64,000 bases of DNA from Octopus vulgaris (GCA_951406725.2 OX597836.1:23436001-23500000); one strand, 5' to 3'. Shown: positions 15,445 to 30,461, counted from the stretch's first letter. A program made the numbers and translations. Notes: generated by a model not told the origin, from the letters alone.

Positions 15445-15697
15445 ATCCTTTCTACTAAAGGCACAAGGCCAGAGATTCTGGAAGAGGGGACTAGTCGGTT
15501 ACATCGACGCCAGTGAATCACTGGTACTTAACTAAGCAGATCGTTAGGCAAAATATCTATACTCTTATTTTATCGACCACAGAAGGATGAAAGACAAAGT
15601 CGACCTCGGCAAAAATTGAACTCAGAACATAAAGACGGATGAAATGCCGCTAAGTATTTTGCTCGGCGTGCTAACGATTCTGCCAGTTCGCTGGCCT
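15445..15697 (-). mobile_element. SINE family A, diverged
   Basis: Similar to consensus; preceded by (AAT)n. Confidence 0.75.
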
Positions 15698-16187
15698 TAT
15701 CAATAAGTATAGACACAAGACCAGAAATCTGAGAGGGAAGGGAACTGCCGTCACGTCCAAGAACGCTCTCTCAAAATAGCCAGATGATACGTCTCTTTAT
15801 TCTTGCCTAGCCTTTGTCTACAATGCCCCATTCACAGGCCACCTAGATAACCACACGTCAAACCTGTCCTGGCTCAATGAACTTAATAGTGATGCAATCC
15901 AGTATATCTTACAAGTGTCAGCAAATCTCGATTGTATCTCTCCTGGAATTCAACTACATTCCTTAGCGGATGCACAGGAAGTTGACGATATATCTATGAA
16001 AGGTTTGCAAAATTAGTTAGAATAGACCATGAACAGGGATTCTCTTTACGGTGTTAGGTAATATTGACCACATTCATGCCATTTCAGTCTTCAAGTAAGT
16101 ATTTTTTTTCAATTTCTTTTAATGCTATACGTTCGTTTCATGGAATGTCAACGTCAATACTTTGGCTTTCACGCTTAACTCTATTCA

Positions 16188-16400
16188 GGGATCTTTTCCT
16201 TTTGAACGGCACATGTCAACACAATTTCTAGTTAACTAAACACTTTAAAACTTCGTATACTGGTAGAATGTGTCAAAATAAAACATTTTTTCTCTTGGCT
16301 TTCTTGATAAAATTGTAATTCGTTTGTTTAACGTAGTTTAATTTTTCGAATTTTAACCAATGAATCGCCTCTAATTGAGCTAAAATCATTTGCTGCGTCT
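16188..16400 (+). mobile_element. Fragment related to the hAT MITE
   Basis: GGATCTTTTCC...AACTAAACACTTTAAAACTTCGTATACTGGTAGAATGTG is shared with 618-740. Confidence 0.65.
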
Positions 16401-16447
16401 AAAACTGAGAAAACATCCTGACCTCACCTCTGAGCTATTGCACCTCC

Positions 16448-16659
16448 ACATACGCACATATATATACATATATATATACACATATATGTTTATGTATGTA
16501 TGTATATATATAATTATATATATATAAATACATATACATATGTATATGTATATGTATATATATATATGTATATGTATATATGTACATATATATATACATA
16601 TTTATAAACATACATATATATGCTTATCTATATATAAATACATACATAAATATATACAT

Positions 16660-16712
<53 letters not shown>

Positions 16713-17141
16713 CATACACAGACATATATACATATGTATATATTTATAGATATATATAGATGTATATATATATGTATATACATATATATATATGCATATA
16801 TATCTATATTTATATATGTATATATATCTATACATATATGCATGTATACACACACACATATATACATATGTATGTATATACATATATATATACATTTATA
16901 CATATATATACATATATAATTATACATATATATATATACACACACATATATATATGCATACACACATATATACATATATATATACACATGTATGCACACA
17001 TATATACACATATATATACATACATATATATTTATATACATACATGTATATATACTTATATATATGCACATATACATACATGTAGATACACATATATATA
17101 CACGCTTACATACACACACACACACACACACACATATACAT
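16448..17141. repeat. Degenerate (TA/CA)n microsatellite field
   Basis: Seen directly. Confidence 0.95.
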
Positions 17142-17853
17142 AACAAAATAAATAAATATAGGACAATTTGTGGTTGAAAATGCACCTAAATTTGAAAAGC
17201 TTAATTGTTTAAAGTAAATTTATTTACATATATATCAAACTAGTTTTAACAATATTTTTTGTTTTCAATGTTAGAAATTTGGAATTATGAATTAGAAAAG
17301 CATCTTTAAAAGTTTCAATGTTGACAAGTTTAAATGTTCATAACAGACAAATTCAGAATTATGAATTAGAAAAACATGTTAAAAAATTTCGATGTTGACA
17401 GGTTTAACTGTTCAAAACGTTCAATATTAAAAGTGTGTATCAATTTGTTTGGATGTACAAAGCTCATTAGTGTTAGCAGTGATCGACAAGAAATGAATAT
17501 CATCAAAGTTTCAATCATACTGATTTAAGAGGGAAAAAACAAGGGAGAAATGAAGATAGTAAAAAAGGGGATTTGGTTTACAATTTCTCTGATCCTCTTT
17601 CCGTCGTGTGTAGGCACTTTCTCTTGTAACGGTGTGTTGTGGAATCCGGTCTATTTATAATTTTTTCCGCAAGCGTATCTGATTTTTGATTCGTTAAAGT
17701 ACTGGGAACGTCTTATTTTTCCGGTGGTCAAGTTTGTTGTTCTGCCTGGTGGGCTTACCTGTGGGGAGCGGTTATCAGTTGTTCAGGTTGGTTGATATAT
17801 ACATATACGTATATATATATGTATATACAAATTTAAGTACATATATATCTATG

Positions 17854-17885
<32 letters not shown>

Positions 17886-18439
17886 CATATATAGGCAAAA
17901 GCGAGGAATACGCAAACCCTGTGTTTAGGGTTTAGTGTTCGTGTTAGGGCAAGTGTTTTTGTTACACTGAAAGCGGGTATTGTACGTACTTTTTACCTCC
18001 GCGGGGGCAAAATGGCCAACCGCCTGAATCGTTTAAAAATTCCTTATACATCTAGGATATAAGATAGAAGTGACGCAAGATATCAAAGTTAAGAACAATA
18101 AATAAAAGAAGATCCTAAAAGCAGGATTATTGTTCTTAACCTTGATAAATAAAGATTACATTATTCGTTGCAAAAAATCATGTAAAAAAAAATCGCCGAA
18201 AACAATCGCAGTAATGAAAACATAGGAATCCAAAATTTCAGGATTGCAGGTCCGGATTCGGCCCAGAATGTTTTTAATTTACTCATGGAGTCAGCCTGAT
18301 TCCAAAATGGTATGATATGCTGGGCTACGGCCTCTAGAAGTAAAGTTGAAAAACTGTGACACACTGACACACTGACATTCACATTTATTATCTTAGATAT
18401 ATTTAATTTTGAGAAAACTGTATTTTAATTAAAGTGTAT

Positions 18440-18534
<95 letters not shown>

Positions 18535-20609
18535 ACATGCAATTAAAAAGACTATTTGGGGTAAAGAAAAGAAATATAGAAACTTGAAAGCGAGTGATGT
18601 AAATAAAATTATCATTCATTGACAGAGTAGATAAAATAGAATGTTGCTGACATGTACATATATACATACACGCGTATGTGCTTGTATACACAATTATGTA
18701 CTTACAGATAGAAGTATGTAAATATGTGCGTGTGTGTTTATAAGTATGAGAGGGAGGGAGAAAGGAGAAGGATGTAGAGAGGGGGCGGTGAGATCATACA
18801 AAGGGTGACTCAAGTGTATTTGCCCTAAATTTAGAGGTAGGGCTACCGTGTATAATATATGTTGAAGAACGAAAAGTACAATACAGAGGCATAATGTAGA
18901 ATACTAACTGCTTTGTCAAATAATCTGTTTTGTTTGCTAGAGAGAACAGCAGCTAAAGCCTAACTTTCAATTACTTTACATATAAGCACATTTATATATT
19001 TAGACACACACACACACACACACACACATATATGTATATATATGTACATACATACCATTCATAAATGTCTGGAAATGCCTTGAATCGAACAAAGAAGTTT
19101 TGTTTGAGAGGGGCTTGAATTCTTCGAAGAACAATTACATAAGTTTCTACGAAGGAAAACAAGCATATCTACTTTCAAAATTGCGCAGAGGCATAAATTG
19201 TCTCTAACGTAAATGCTTGCTGAATGTCCGAAGAGATCCATATCCTATTGAACTGTACGATAGAATGTAAACATATTTCCAACTTCATCAAGCTGCACCC
19301 AGAAACCTTTGTACTAAAGCCAATCCGGCAGGAAAGAAAACGTAATACGTAAATACTACTTATAAACAATATATAATCGTTGTTCCGTTGGATATTTTTA
19401 AATTCTTGAATTATATGTAAACATCACTTTTTTTTTATGAAAGTTAAGGAAAGTAAGAAACAAATCATTTATCGACAATGTTACAAAAGTGGCTCAAGCT
19501 ACTAGATGACACCTGTCAGTTTACATTGGCTATAACACCTGTAGTCAACCTAATAATAAATTAACCAACATAAGCCGCAAAATCAGTCATCTCGACTCTA
19601 TCATGAGGTGTAAATTTCACCATACATCTATGGCATCTTTGGAAAAGACTGAAGAAATTGTTTAGAGACTCTATATCTCAGGGAAGATGAATAGCTTTAA
19701 AGCCGAATATGTTCAGTGGGGAAACTTAGCAAAAATGACAACTAAACGAACCATCATTGGTGGTCTCTAGCTCGATGGTATACCTTAAAGAGTAGTAGAA
19801 ATGGAAGAGACAGCCATGTGGGTAACCATAGTTTTAGGAAGTTACTGAGGAACTGGTTGTAGAGAGTGAAATACTGCACAGAATTGCATTTACATTTCAC
19901 TTAGAACGGTTGTCCTTCCCTGTGACCCAACATTAGTTTGGTAACCAGAAGAGAAAGACCAGTGTTTAGGTCACACTCCTTGTTATGATACCGTTGAGAT
20001 TTTTCATTTACCCACAAGTCTTAGCTTAAGGAGCGATAGCTAGAGTTTAAAGTTGCAGGCTGCTCAAACTTAAAGGGCCGGCGGGGCACAATATTCATTG
20101 ATATTTATACTAAGGTTGAGTCGAGTAACGTGATATGAAGTAGCTTGCTTTTGAAACAATGCCCCACTTAATCCAGAAATCGAACTTACGATCGTGATCT
20201 AAAACCCTAACCTCAAGGCCATGCGTTTACGCATGCACTCACGCATATATACGTATATGATAAACACATACGTACGTACATACGTACATATATAACATAA
20301 ATCGATATATTTACATACATACATACATATATACAAAGAACGTCGTGACCTGAATATGACATCAATTTACATTTCTATACTTGGTTGCACACGAAATAAT
20401 AACGAAATTCCCCACAACTAACCAAAATAAATCGCTTCACCATGCCTACAAACATACTTTCCTCCTATTCTCCTCTATTTATCTCTTTCTAAACAACTTG
20501 TTCCCCTGTCTACTTACACCACACCTGATTATCATCACATTACTCTACCTACCCAGAAACACAAAATATATTTATAGTATATTCGACACGCACCCACACA
20601 CCCACACCC

Positions 20610-20655
<46 letters not shown>

Positions 20656-21154
20656 TGAGTCAAAAGTAATGCATAATTCCTGTTTTAGGGTTATTATGTA
20701 TAACTTCCCAATTGGGAGAGACTTTTGACTCCTAACTCGTTCTTCGGGTTGGAATATCGAAGAGTATTAACAACATGATACACCATGCAGACTTAGTAAT
20801 TGTCAAAACTGTCACTAATGACCTGCAAAAGAAAGGTATGACTTCCCAGAAACTGGGCGCTGCTTTTTACTCACCCGATATATATCCCATTGCACGTCAC
20901 CTGGACAAATTTCTATCATAAATCGAGATGACAAAACAAATTTGCACGAAATGCAAGTGGGATGTAACAGGTTCTTGCAAATTACTTTGACCGATTTTAT
21001 CTTTCGATCTCTTTCTTTTGTCCTTTCTATTGATGCTGAGGAGCAATCTTCTGTCGACAGTATCTTTGTTGTTAATTTACTCGTTTATAGGCAGACCATT
21101 CCAATATTGTCTTCAAATACTTTACTGGTAGAGGTGCAATTAGTCCTATGATAT

Positions 21155-21400
21155 GTGTTTCTTTATTTCAAAACTTTTTTATTGCCCACAAGGGGCTAAA
21201 CATAAAGGGGACAAACAAGGACAGACAAACGGATTAAGTCGATTATATCGACCCCAGTGCGTAACTGGTACTTATTTAATCGACCCCCGAAAGGATGAAA
21301 GGCAAAGTCGACCTCGGCGGAATTTGAACTCAGAACGTAACGGTAGACGAAATACCGCATTTCGCCCGGCGTGCTAACGTTTCTGCCAGTTCACCGCCTT
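21155..21400 (-). mobile_element. SINE family A with TSD
   Basis: Flanked by the direct repeat gtcctatgatatg. Confidence 0.85.
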
Positions 21401-22271
21401 AATTTGTCCTATGATATGATTTACCAATGTGTATATATTTTGATACCTTATTCTTGTCCGCCATCCATCTCTCTGGATTAAACACTAAAGATCTAAATCA
21501 TCATTAAGTTGCAAGAACACCTCCAATTCCAAAAATGACTCGTCTCTTATATTTATATCTTCACAATATCCGTGTCGCCACTATGATAATGTCTGCATTG
21601 TTAACTTGAATCTGGGCTCCACTTCGCTAAAATCCTGTTTAACTAAACAATTGTCATCATCTACAACAGCAATTGATTCAAAAGTCAATATTTACACACT
21701 TGAGTTGACAAGTACGTCACACTCAACGGACTTCCGCACCTCGTTTAGAAGGACTTACACACACACACATACACACACACACACACACACGCACATACTG
21801 GAAGAATCCGGAAAACAATAAGAATTAGAATGAGAGTGAGGTAGTGGGAGGGGACAACAAGTGGAGATTATACGATGTAAACACAGTTTATGATTTAGTT
21901 ACATTACAAACTTTACACAGAACATGTCGACAATCTACCTCACGCAGTAACATACTCCTTCCATATACACCTATTTATTTACACCAGTTTATTTATTTAT
22001 GTATCTATTTATTTATCTATATATTTATCTATCTATTTAATTCCTCTATCTGTCAATTTATATTTGTTTTTATTTATACAAAACTATTTACCCACAAAAC
22101 AAGATAAAACAAATCAAACGCACAAATACATGTTCACGCAATTTGAAACCATATTGCACAGACGTTAAAACCCTTGACAATAACACGGGCTTTTATTCGG
22201 CAAACTTTATCAGATTACGGCAGGATCAAATCGTGGTTAATAGGAGGAAAAATTATTTACAAAAAGCCTGC

Positions 22272-22304
22272 ATGCCTACAGAATTTATTTATACACTTAC
22301 AAAG
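22272..22304 (+). CDS. Candidate first coding exon (MPTEFIYTLTK)
   Basis: ATG followed by 11 codons ending AAG|gtaaag. The phase 0 donor matches the phase 0 acceptor at 27082. No independent support. Confidence 0.35.
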
Positions 22305-22516
22305 GTAAAGTAAATCTATTGATATTTATTCCTTCTGTGGTAAGCTGAATACACCTAGAACCTCCCCCCTCCCCAGCTTATCGGTTTAAATTCCCAGCTG
22401 AAATAATTTCACCAAACAAATGCCACATCTGCACAAGTGAAAAGTATGAAAGTCACATTAAATTTTTCTTATCACATACATTTAATATCACAGATATATA
22501 CTTCCTAGGGTGGACC

Positions 22517-22517
<1 letters not shown>

Positions 22518-22608
<91 letters not shown>

Positions 22609-22632
22609 GTATCTATCTGTCTGTCTGTCTGT
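22518..22632. repeat. (ATCT)n/(GTCT)n microsatellite
   Basis: Seen directly. Confidence 0.95.
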
Positions 22633-22712
22633 ATAGCCGTCTAAGAGTTCATAAGTCATAAAAAATGCACTCACATTTGTCAGTAGAGTGAAAATATTAA
22701 TCGAAGTGTACA

Positions 22713-22749
<37 letters not shown>

Positions 22750-22750
<1 letters not shown>

Positions 22751-22969
22751 CCTCTGCACGCATATTTTTTTCTCTCCTTCTTTCTGTGTTTTTTCTCTGT
22801 GTATCTTTCTGTTGAAGAGCGTAGGCTCGAAACGTTAAAGACTTGTTTTATTTATATTTCCTGAGCGCCATACTAATACAATTGTTTGTTTGTATTCCAC
22901 CTGCCTTCGTCTTTTGTTTATTTCCGTAAACCTGCCTTCGTCTTTTGTCTATTTTCATAAAGCTTCCCG

Positions 22970-22970
<1 letters not shown>
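22750..22970 (+). mobile_element. Penelope-like pseudo-LTR fragment in a (TA)n tract
   Basis: Contains CTGTTGAAGAGCGTAGGCTCGAAACG, a hammerhead-like motif typical of PLE repeats; flanked by (TA)n. Confidence 0.45.
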
Positions 22971-23005
<35 letters not shown>

Positions 23006-23599
23006 TGTACACTTCGATCAAGTAGCTAAAATTGAGATAGTTTCAATACTGTATCCTTCAATAATTATCGTGAATTCAGAACTGTTTTGCATGACGTAAG
23101 TTGTCAACTCAAATTATATTGGGTTGTTGTGGGATTGCCGAATCATTGTGACGAAATATTATTAACGAAACGAGCCTTAGGTATATCACTGCTGAATAGA
23201 ATATGCAATGGTAGCATCATTTTACCGTACTTTGACTAAACTTTAGGCTACAGGAGATTTTCTGCATTCATCTCACGATGCTTGCAGCCATCACAAATAT
23301 ATTCATCTCTTTCTAGCTGGTTGAAAACCAATTTATTGCAGCAAAACCTTCCACCACCATTAAACAAGGTTGAAAAACAAAACCGGTGTGAACAGGAGGA
23401 TGATTGCTTAGGACTGGTAAAAATTACTTTGGCATGAAGTGATGCGTTCGCAAGCATCGAAACATTCTCACAGCAGAGTTCTAAAGCTATTCGCGATGAC
23501 AGAGATCCAAATCTTCTGGTCTGCACATGGCTGACAGCCTTTAACACAGCCTGTCTACTTTATTAGAGGCCACTTGGAAAAGATACGAAAGAGATGCGG

Positions 23600-23900
23600 T
23601 CCATATGACATCAGGACAGTATTCAGAAAGCAACACTTCGCAAATATTTCCTTCGAGTAAAATCACCCATAGAAGAGAATATGACCAAAAAACTGTGTAC
23701 TCCATCCCGTGCATTTGCGGTGGGTTACACAAAAGTGAAACATGCCACCGCTTTAAAATAAATGTAGAGGAACATCATAATGCTGTGACACGAGAGGATA
23801 TCGAAAAATCGGGTATAGCTGATAATGTATGGAAAAAAGGAGATCAATAACCTCCTAAGCAGACCTGGTGCAGATATGAATTTAATATGGGAACCGGTAT
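23600..23900 (+). pseudogene. Degenerate GIY-YIG endonuclease of a Penelope-like retroelement
   Basis: TVYSIPCICGGLHKSETCHRFKINVEEHHNAVTREDIEKSGIADNVW resembles the PLE pattern VY.IPC.CG..YIGET.R.L..R..EH......KS.IA.H.W. Confidence 0.65.
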
Positions 23901-26900
23901 TAAGAAAAGATAAAAAATATTAGGTTTATAACCCCCCCCACACACACACACACACAAAAGTAGCCGTGAGCAGGAAGACCATGTTCGAATAAATCTATGG
24001 CGAATGATATTCAAGACATGACCCTCCCTCCTTTTCTACTACGTTTAGTGAACTTTGGATCTCATTCAACGTGTCCTTTTCAAAGACAGTAGTGTGTTCT
24101 CTGCTAGTTCTAGCGGATCAAGCGATTTATGTAGAGACGCTCTCAGTTCGTACGTCTGTTTAGGACGGAAACTGTGTAGTATGCTTGTTGTGTCCACCAT
24201 GTATGTGTCGTCTGCTTGCTCTGTGTTTTATTGCTGTTAAGTCCTCGGTCGGCTGTATTCAAGTAGACAAAGCTATTGAAGCCAACTTAGTCTAGACTTG
24301 TCATGATTAACCCGTCTTTTTTCTATGTGCAAAAAACACAAGACCGCATTACTCAACGATAAAGTTTGACGTAGCTAGTCTAGCTATCATGTAGCGGTCT
24401 TCGCCGCTGGATCATGCATACATATGCATGACTCATGTATGTTTAAGACAATACGGTGTGATTTTAGAGAGATTAGCAATTATTTCTAACAGGTCGAGTG
24501 ATCAGACAAAGATATTTTCTATAGTTTGAAGTATTAGTTATTCCCTCGTGTAAACTACAACTAGGACTTGTTTTATGGTCAAGTATTCGCGGTTTCAATT
24601 TTCTCCAGGGAACCCTTCTTCTTCGTTTAACATTAACGACCACTGTCCCTTTGAAAATAAAAAAAACAAACAACACGGTAGTATCTGGGGAGAGTCACAC
24701 AGTAGTATCTTGCCTTTACGGAGAGTATTACAACAATTTCCTCCCAATAATGTCTCCGTTTGTTGAAGCTTTTTCTACTGTTTGGAAAAGGATCTCATTC
24801 TCCTCAGCAAACGGATTGCTTTTATTTTGAAATCTTTCCGAGCCATGTTGTACTTATTGCCTTCTTCAAATTAACTGGAACCAGATTTTGCAAATACGTC
24901 CAACTCGTTTATGTGTAAAAATGATAAAAATTTCTTTTATCTTCTTCACTTGAATCTTCATCGTGACAAAGAAACTGAGGAGAGACAATATTATGTTCTG
25001 ATTCTCTGCTGTTCTCACAACATCTTTTACTTCAACTTCCTCTTCCTTTCATTCAACAATCTCATGGGACTCATTTCCGTTTACAGTCGCATTTTCGAAG
25101 GTGAAATTAATAAAACCATATCCAGGGCGACTAACTTGGTTTTAATCAACATTGAAAAATAATTTCTCTCGATTGATGTAAAAAAAAAAAAAAAAAAAAA
25201 AGAAAAGAATATTACGGAGGTGTACTACTGACATAGCAAATGCTTTGTTCTGAGTTGGTTATGTTGAAACTAAGGCGATTGCAGCGTGTTAGCTATTCAG
25301 AAACACACAAAGACTGTCAACTTCATTTAAACATCTATTTGTCATGCGGAGTCAAAATTTTCGTCGCACGAAACCGCGACCTCTTCACTGACAAAAAATT
25401 CTGCCGAATCTCTGATGTGAAAAATGAAATAATTGAAATGTTTGCCGACAGGCGATCTCATTTGGCGCACAAACACTTTATCAACCTTAATCAATGGAGC
25501 TAATTTATATTAAATTTGAATAACATTTGATTTCATCTGTTTTTACATATTTAATGTCTTCATTCCTCACATTTCTCGGTACACGGCCCTATACATAAGT
25601 CTTGGGTGCATACAATCAAGGAGTCGGCCCTAGACATCACCAAACCTTTGCACCCCGTTTTGTATGCGTGAGTTAGTGAGTCGGGATTAAACGCGGGAAA
25701 TTGCGTTGACATGAGTATATCGGTACGTGTGTATTGTTCCGTGAGCCTGCGAAGTTGGTGAGACCAGGTATGCTGTGATTGAAAAGAAGAGAATAGATGA
25801 GTTTGTGTTCAGGTGTGAAAGGGAGAATTGAGAGGTGAAAGACACAAGAATGAGCGACGAATTCGTGGAAAATATGGAGGAGTATTTCGGAGTAAGAATG
25901 GATATGGAAGGTCTTCGTATTGGGAATGAACATTTAAGTGACGGTGAAAACCAAAGGACAGGTAAGTGATGCTAACGGATGGGGCCGTTAGCATCACTTT
26001 CATATTATCATCTTCAAAATCCATCTTTCATTCTTGTAATTGTGATGTTCTATGTCCCCAATGTTTGTAATGTCCCCTCTTCGTCGCCCCTTGTGGGTAA
26101 TAAAGAATCAGTATTGTTCCGTGAGCCTGAGCGTGTTTGCGTGCATATGTTCATGCGTTTGTATATGTTAGTGGATAGGTGTGCTTCTATCGTGTTGGTT
26201 TATGTGCACCGTTTTATCGCTTTAAGGTTCGTAATGCATATTTCGGAGTTTTGTGAGTATATGTGTGGTATTTTCTGTATACGTTCGTGGCTGTGGTAGT
26301 GTAAGGGGGTGTGGCGATGGCCAGTGGTCAGTGTTTGCAGATGTGTTTATACATAGTGTTTGAGTGTAGATTTATGGTGTTAACGTGCATATGTACGTAG
26401 GCAAGCGGTTTTCTGTGTATATACACGTGTGCATATAACCTTGTGTATGTGTGTTAGGTCGGAGGCGGTCGCGATATTGTGTTGATGTGTGTGCGGGGTT
26501 GTCTAAGGTTAGTTGGTCAGACAGCTGTATATTTGAGTATTTGGGCCTGTTTCCAGTGTACATGGCTGTGTGTATTTTTGTTATTTTAATTTTGCCACTC
26601 CAAATTATTATTTTTTTTTTAGCTAATTATTTTCGTTTTTATTATACAAATTACTCTGAGCCATTAATGTGATTTTTTTTGTCCTCCTTGGGCAAAGCAG
26701 TTCATTCCATGTTGCTCCAACCACTTAGCCAGAAATGAAAACATCTACTGCAGGCTGATGCTTTGCAGATTATGAACCAAAAAATCTTACAAAGCAAGAT
26801 GTAATGGCACAGTGGATGGTTCTTTTACATTGTAGGGGTAGATGTGCCAATATGGTAAATGAAACAGCTGTGGATTGGATCAAATCTGAAAATAGCTTGA

Positions 26901-27081
26901 GATATATAATTACATTCTGAGTTCAAATCTTGTTATAGCTACTTTGTATCCCTCTTGGGGTTGATAGAATATGTACTCAAGTTGGAAGTCATTATTCATA
27001 ATTTTTTCTAGCAATCTGTGACATGTATATCAATAAATAATCATTCTGATAATCAACATTATTACTATTGTTCTTTTTTAG

Positions 27082-27346
27082 GAAGAACTATCTGATCCAT
27101 CAATTAGAGTATCAGGAAGAAAGTTGAAGAAATTGGATCATGTCTATGACAACGATGGTTTCACAGAGTACTCAGAAATTCACCGGAAAGACATTGGTAG
27201 TCATCCAAAAGTGAACACTCCACCCAAAGATGAAGATATGTTAAGGAATGGCTGCTCCAGGTCAACATACGTGCCATTGCTTGTGTTATTCCTGATGTCA
27301 GTGATTGCTACGGCAGCTGCTTTAGCAGTGATTATGACCGACAAGG
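27082..27346 (+). CDS. Exon: cytoplasmic tail and type II transmembrane anchor
   Basis: ttctttttag|GAA acceptor; EELSDPSIRVSGRKLKKLDHVYDNDGF...TYVPLLVLFLMSVIATAAALAVIMTDK with a ~23-aa hydrophobic helix; G|gtaggt donor, phase 1. Confidence 0.85.
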
Positions 27347-28912
27347 GTAGGTATACGTTTTAAACATGTTTGTTGTTGTTGTTTAGATATATGAGGGGGT
27401 TCTGAACAGTTCCTGGCATTGGCTTAAAAAAAAAGGATCAGTTAATGATGATTTTACCCAACATATTCCCCTCTCAGATTCACACACTTATTGCAGTGGT
27501 CCTTCAGTTTTTCTAAAAGCCTTGTAAAAGAACTTGGAAAATTGGACCTCCAACCAGGCCTTTCATTGATACCCTTAATGTCAGGAACTTTTTAGCACCC
27601 CCTTGTAGATTAACCCTGACTGAGAAAAGCTCTGATTAATGCTTCTAGTGTGTATCTGGTATTCTTCCATTTTTAAGATGGTGGGTTGTAATTTGAAGGC
27701 AGTTTGACTGCTATGTCTAGCAGGTTGAGAAACCATGTAAAACTATCTCAACTCTTTATTGTTGCTGTTTTATCATTATGGAATATCATATGATATAGTT
27801 AGCCATTGTAAAGTTTTTAAACATCACTAGCATTATGTTCATTCTAATATAATTGTTAACTCATCATATTTGGGAGCAGAGTAACATCCCTGGTCAGGTT
27901 TTAGTCTCATTAGATCACCTTAGTTAACCAACTTTTCTAAACTTTCCTTAATTACTTTTGAGATTTGACTTAACAGCTTGTGGTATCTGTATTGTCCCAC
28001 CTCCAGTTCATGGGTTCAAATCTTATAGTCTTATAGCAGTTGACAATGATTCAGCAACATCAGTCAGGTAATCTAACAAACAAGGCTAGCAAAAAAAACA
28101 AAAAAAAAATCAGAAAAACTACTGACAAATCTCATTCAAATTGTACCATGGACTGAGATGTCTGGTGATATGGGATTCTTAAGAAGACTAGTTCACCTCA
28201 TTGAGACGGAATTCTGCAAGTGCTGTATATTATTTGCTCCTTACCAACTTGTCATATTCATTCAAACCTTCCACTAATCTACCAAACTGTATTACTACTA
28301 ATCTACCAAACTGTATCTCATCATGCACTGAGCTTATCTCTCTCTTTCTTTCTCCCCCTCCTCCTGCAGCCTAACCCCTACCTTGTCATCTCTATCTCTT
28401 GTGATCCTCCCACTTTCCTACCCTCCACTACATTTCTACCTTCCCCAATTCATGCCTCATTGGTCATTACTCTATATCCCTACCAAGCCCCTTTCACGGC
28501 TACAGGCTGCCTCCCTATCCCCTCATCTCTTACTATCTCTTTACACTCTTATAGCATCCCCCCTCACTGGTACCTTCCTCAAGCTTTGTGGGGTGGGGGC
28601 CACCTGGATACCTCTACCCTCATCTGTGTCTTCACAGCCCCTATTGATCATTTGCATCCTCCTCTACTAAATGTGAGTAACCATGCAGCTCTTCTACAAG
28701 AACCTGCTCTGCACCCCCCTCTCCTCTCATACTGTAACCCTTTATCCCATTGCATAAAACTGGCCCCCCACCACTTTCCTTGGGGTTCACTCTCTTGTAA
28801 ACTCAGTAACCTCAATAATAGTAGTGGCATGAAATATACACGGAGTCCACACTGAAAAGTGGCTGGCATTAGAAATGGCATCCAACCATAGACACCATGT
28901 GTGTGTGTGTGT

Positions 28913-28974
<62 letters not shown>

Positions 28975-29497
28975 TAAAAAGCCAAGTCAAATGTAACTTT
29001 TTAGGTTTGCTAGTTCTGTGTCAACCATGCAACACAGTGTTAAAGTAGGAGGCTATCAAAAGACAGAGAATGAGTGATAGTATGAGAATGAAAATGTACA
29101 AGAGGAGGAGGAGGTGGTTCAAAGGGTAAATTACACTGAAAGTGAGAGAATTAAAGTGCAAATGAGTTGGAGTAAGAGGTATTATATGGGTTGGAACAGT
29201 TACAAATGAAAGAGAGAGAGAGAGAGAGGAGGCCAACATAGAACTGCATTTCATAACATCCAGCCTGATGTAAAAGATATCATGAAGAGTTCAGTTCACT
29301 AACAGACCTATTATTGCTTACCTTGAAATGATTGAAGTTTACAAAGGTGGTCATCAAGGAATTATCACGTTAAACATTTTAATGCTAAAATATGTCTTTA
29401 TGATTTCATTCTGCTAAAATTGAGATTTCTCTATCTCAACATTGGCAAAAAAGAGATTCTTCACAACAGCTATTTTTGCATGTTTGCATAACATTAA

Positions 29498-29717
29498 CCC
29501 TTTCATTACCAGCCTGGCTGAAACCGGCTCTGGCTCTGAGTACAAATGTCTTGTTTTCATAAGTTTTGACTTAAAATCTTCCACCAAATCTTAGTCATAA
29601 TTTATGTTCCTAACACTAGCTTAATGATAACTAAGTTATTTTACTAAATTCTTTGTTATATTTAATGTAATTGAAAGAAATACAGAGCATCTCAAAATAA
29701 ATACAGTAACGAAAGGG
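29498..29717. mobile_element. piggyBac-type MITE (TTAA target), 220 bp
   Basis: TTAA|CCCTTTCATTAC...GTAACGAAAGGG|TTAA; inverted copy at 47588-47807. Confidence 0.85.
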
Positions 29718-30461
29718 TTAAAATGTGTATGTGTGTATATTAGTTCCTCAGGTTGATTAACCCCAGGTCAGCTCTCATGCAGTAAACCTATGACCAATCT
29801 AGCTTTTGTTATTTTTCTTTATTTCTTTTATTTGATTATTTTTCTTCTTTGCTTTCAATTTCACCTCACACCAGATACACCTGACAGGGATTTTTGATAA
29901 TGCTCTTTTTGAAGGGATTTTTGATAATGCTCTTTGTTCCTACTTTATTCCACTCCTTCTAAGCCTATCAATTAACTCTTATAAGATCTGTTCCCTATGG
30001 TACAACCATCAATATATGGCCTACATCCTTGGCAGGGCCCTTTCTATCTGTAGGGCTCTTCTTTAGAAACCGGATCACTCCACTATATTATAATTATCCA
30101 TTTTCCTTCTCTGTCATAAAAAAATATTATCCCATGCTGTTTGGAATATTCATCCTACAGAAGAATCTCTTAACTTCCATTCCTTTCTTCTTTCCTTCGA
30201 CTTGTGATTTGCTTCCAAGTTTGTCTCTTCTCACCCTAAAATCATTCATCTGTTAGAAATAGTTTAGTCCTCATCAGTTTCCACATCTGATGATTAGCCT
30301 TATTTCCTTATAAAGTTCATCGTATGCACCAGAGTGGTAGCTGACAAACTGACTGACTTACTGTAAAATGTGTGGGTTTCCCAAGCAACAACAGCAATAT
30401 AAGGCTACTTAGCAACAGAAACATGTTTTATACTTCCTTTTCTGGTCTCAACTTTATTTAT

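Noticed and set aside
28220-28855. 211-aa ORF
   Set aside because: Low-complexity pyrimidine-rich intronic sequence with no domain; it does not fit the exon phases.
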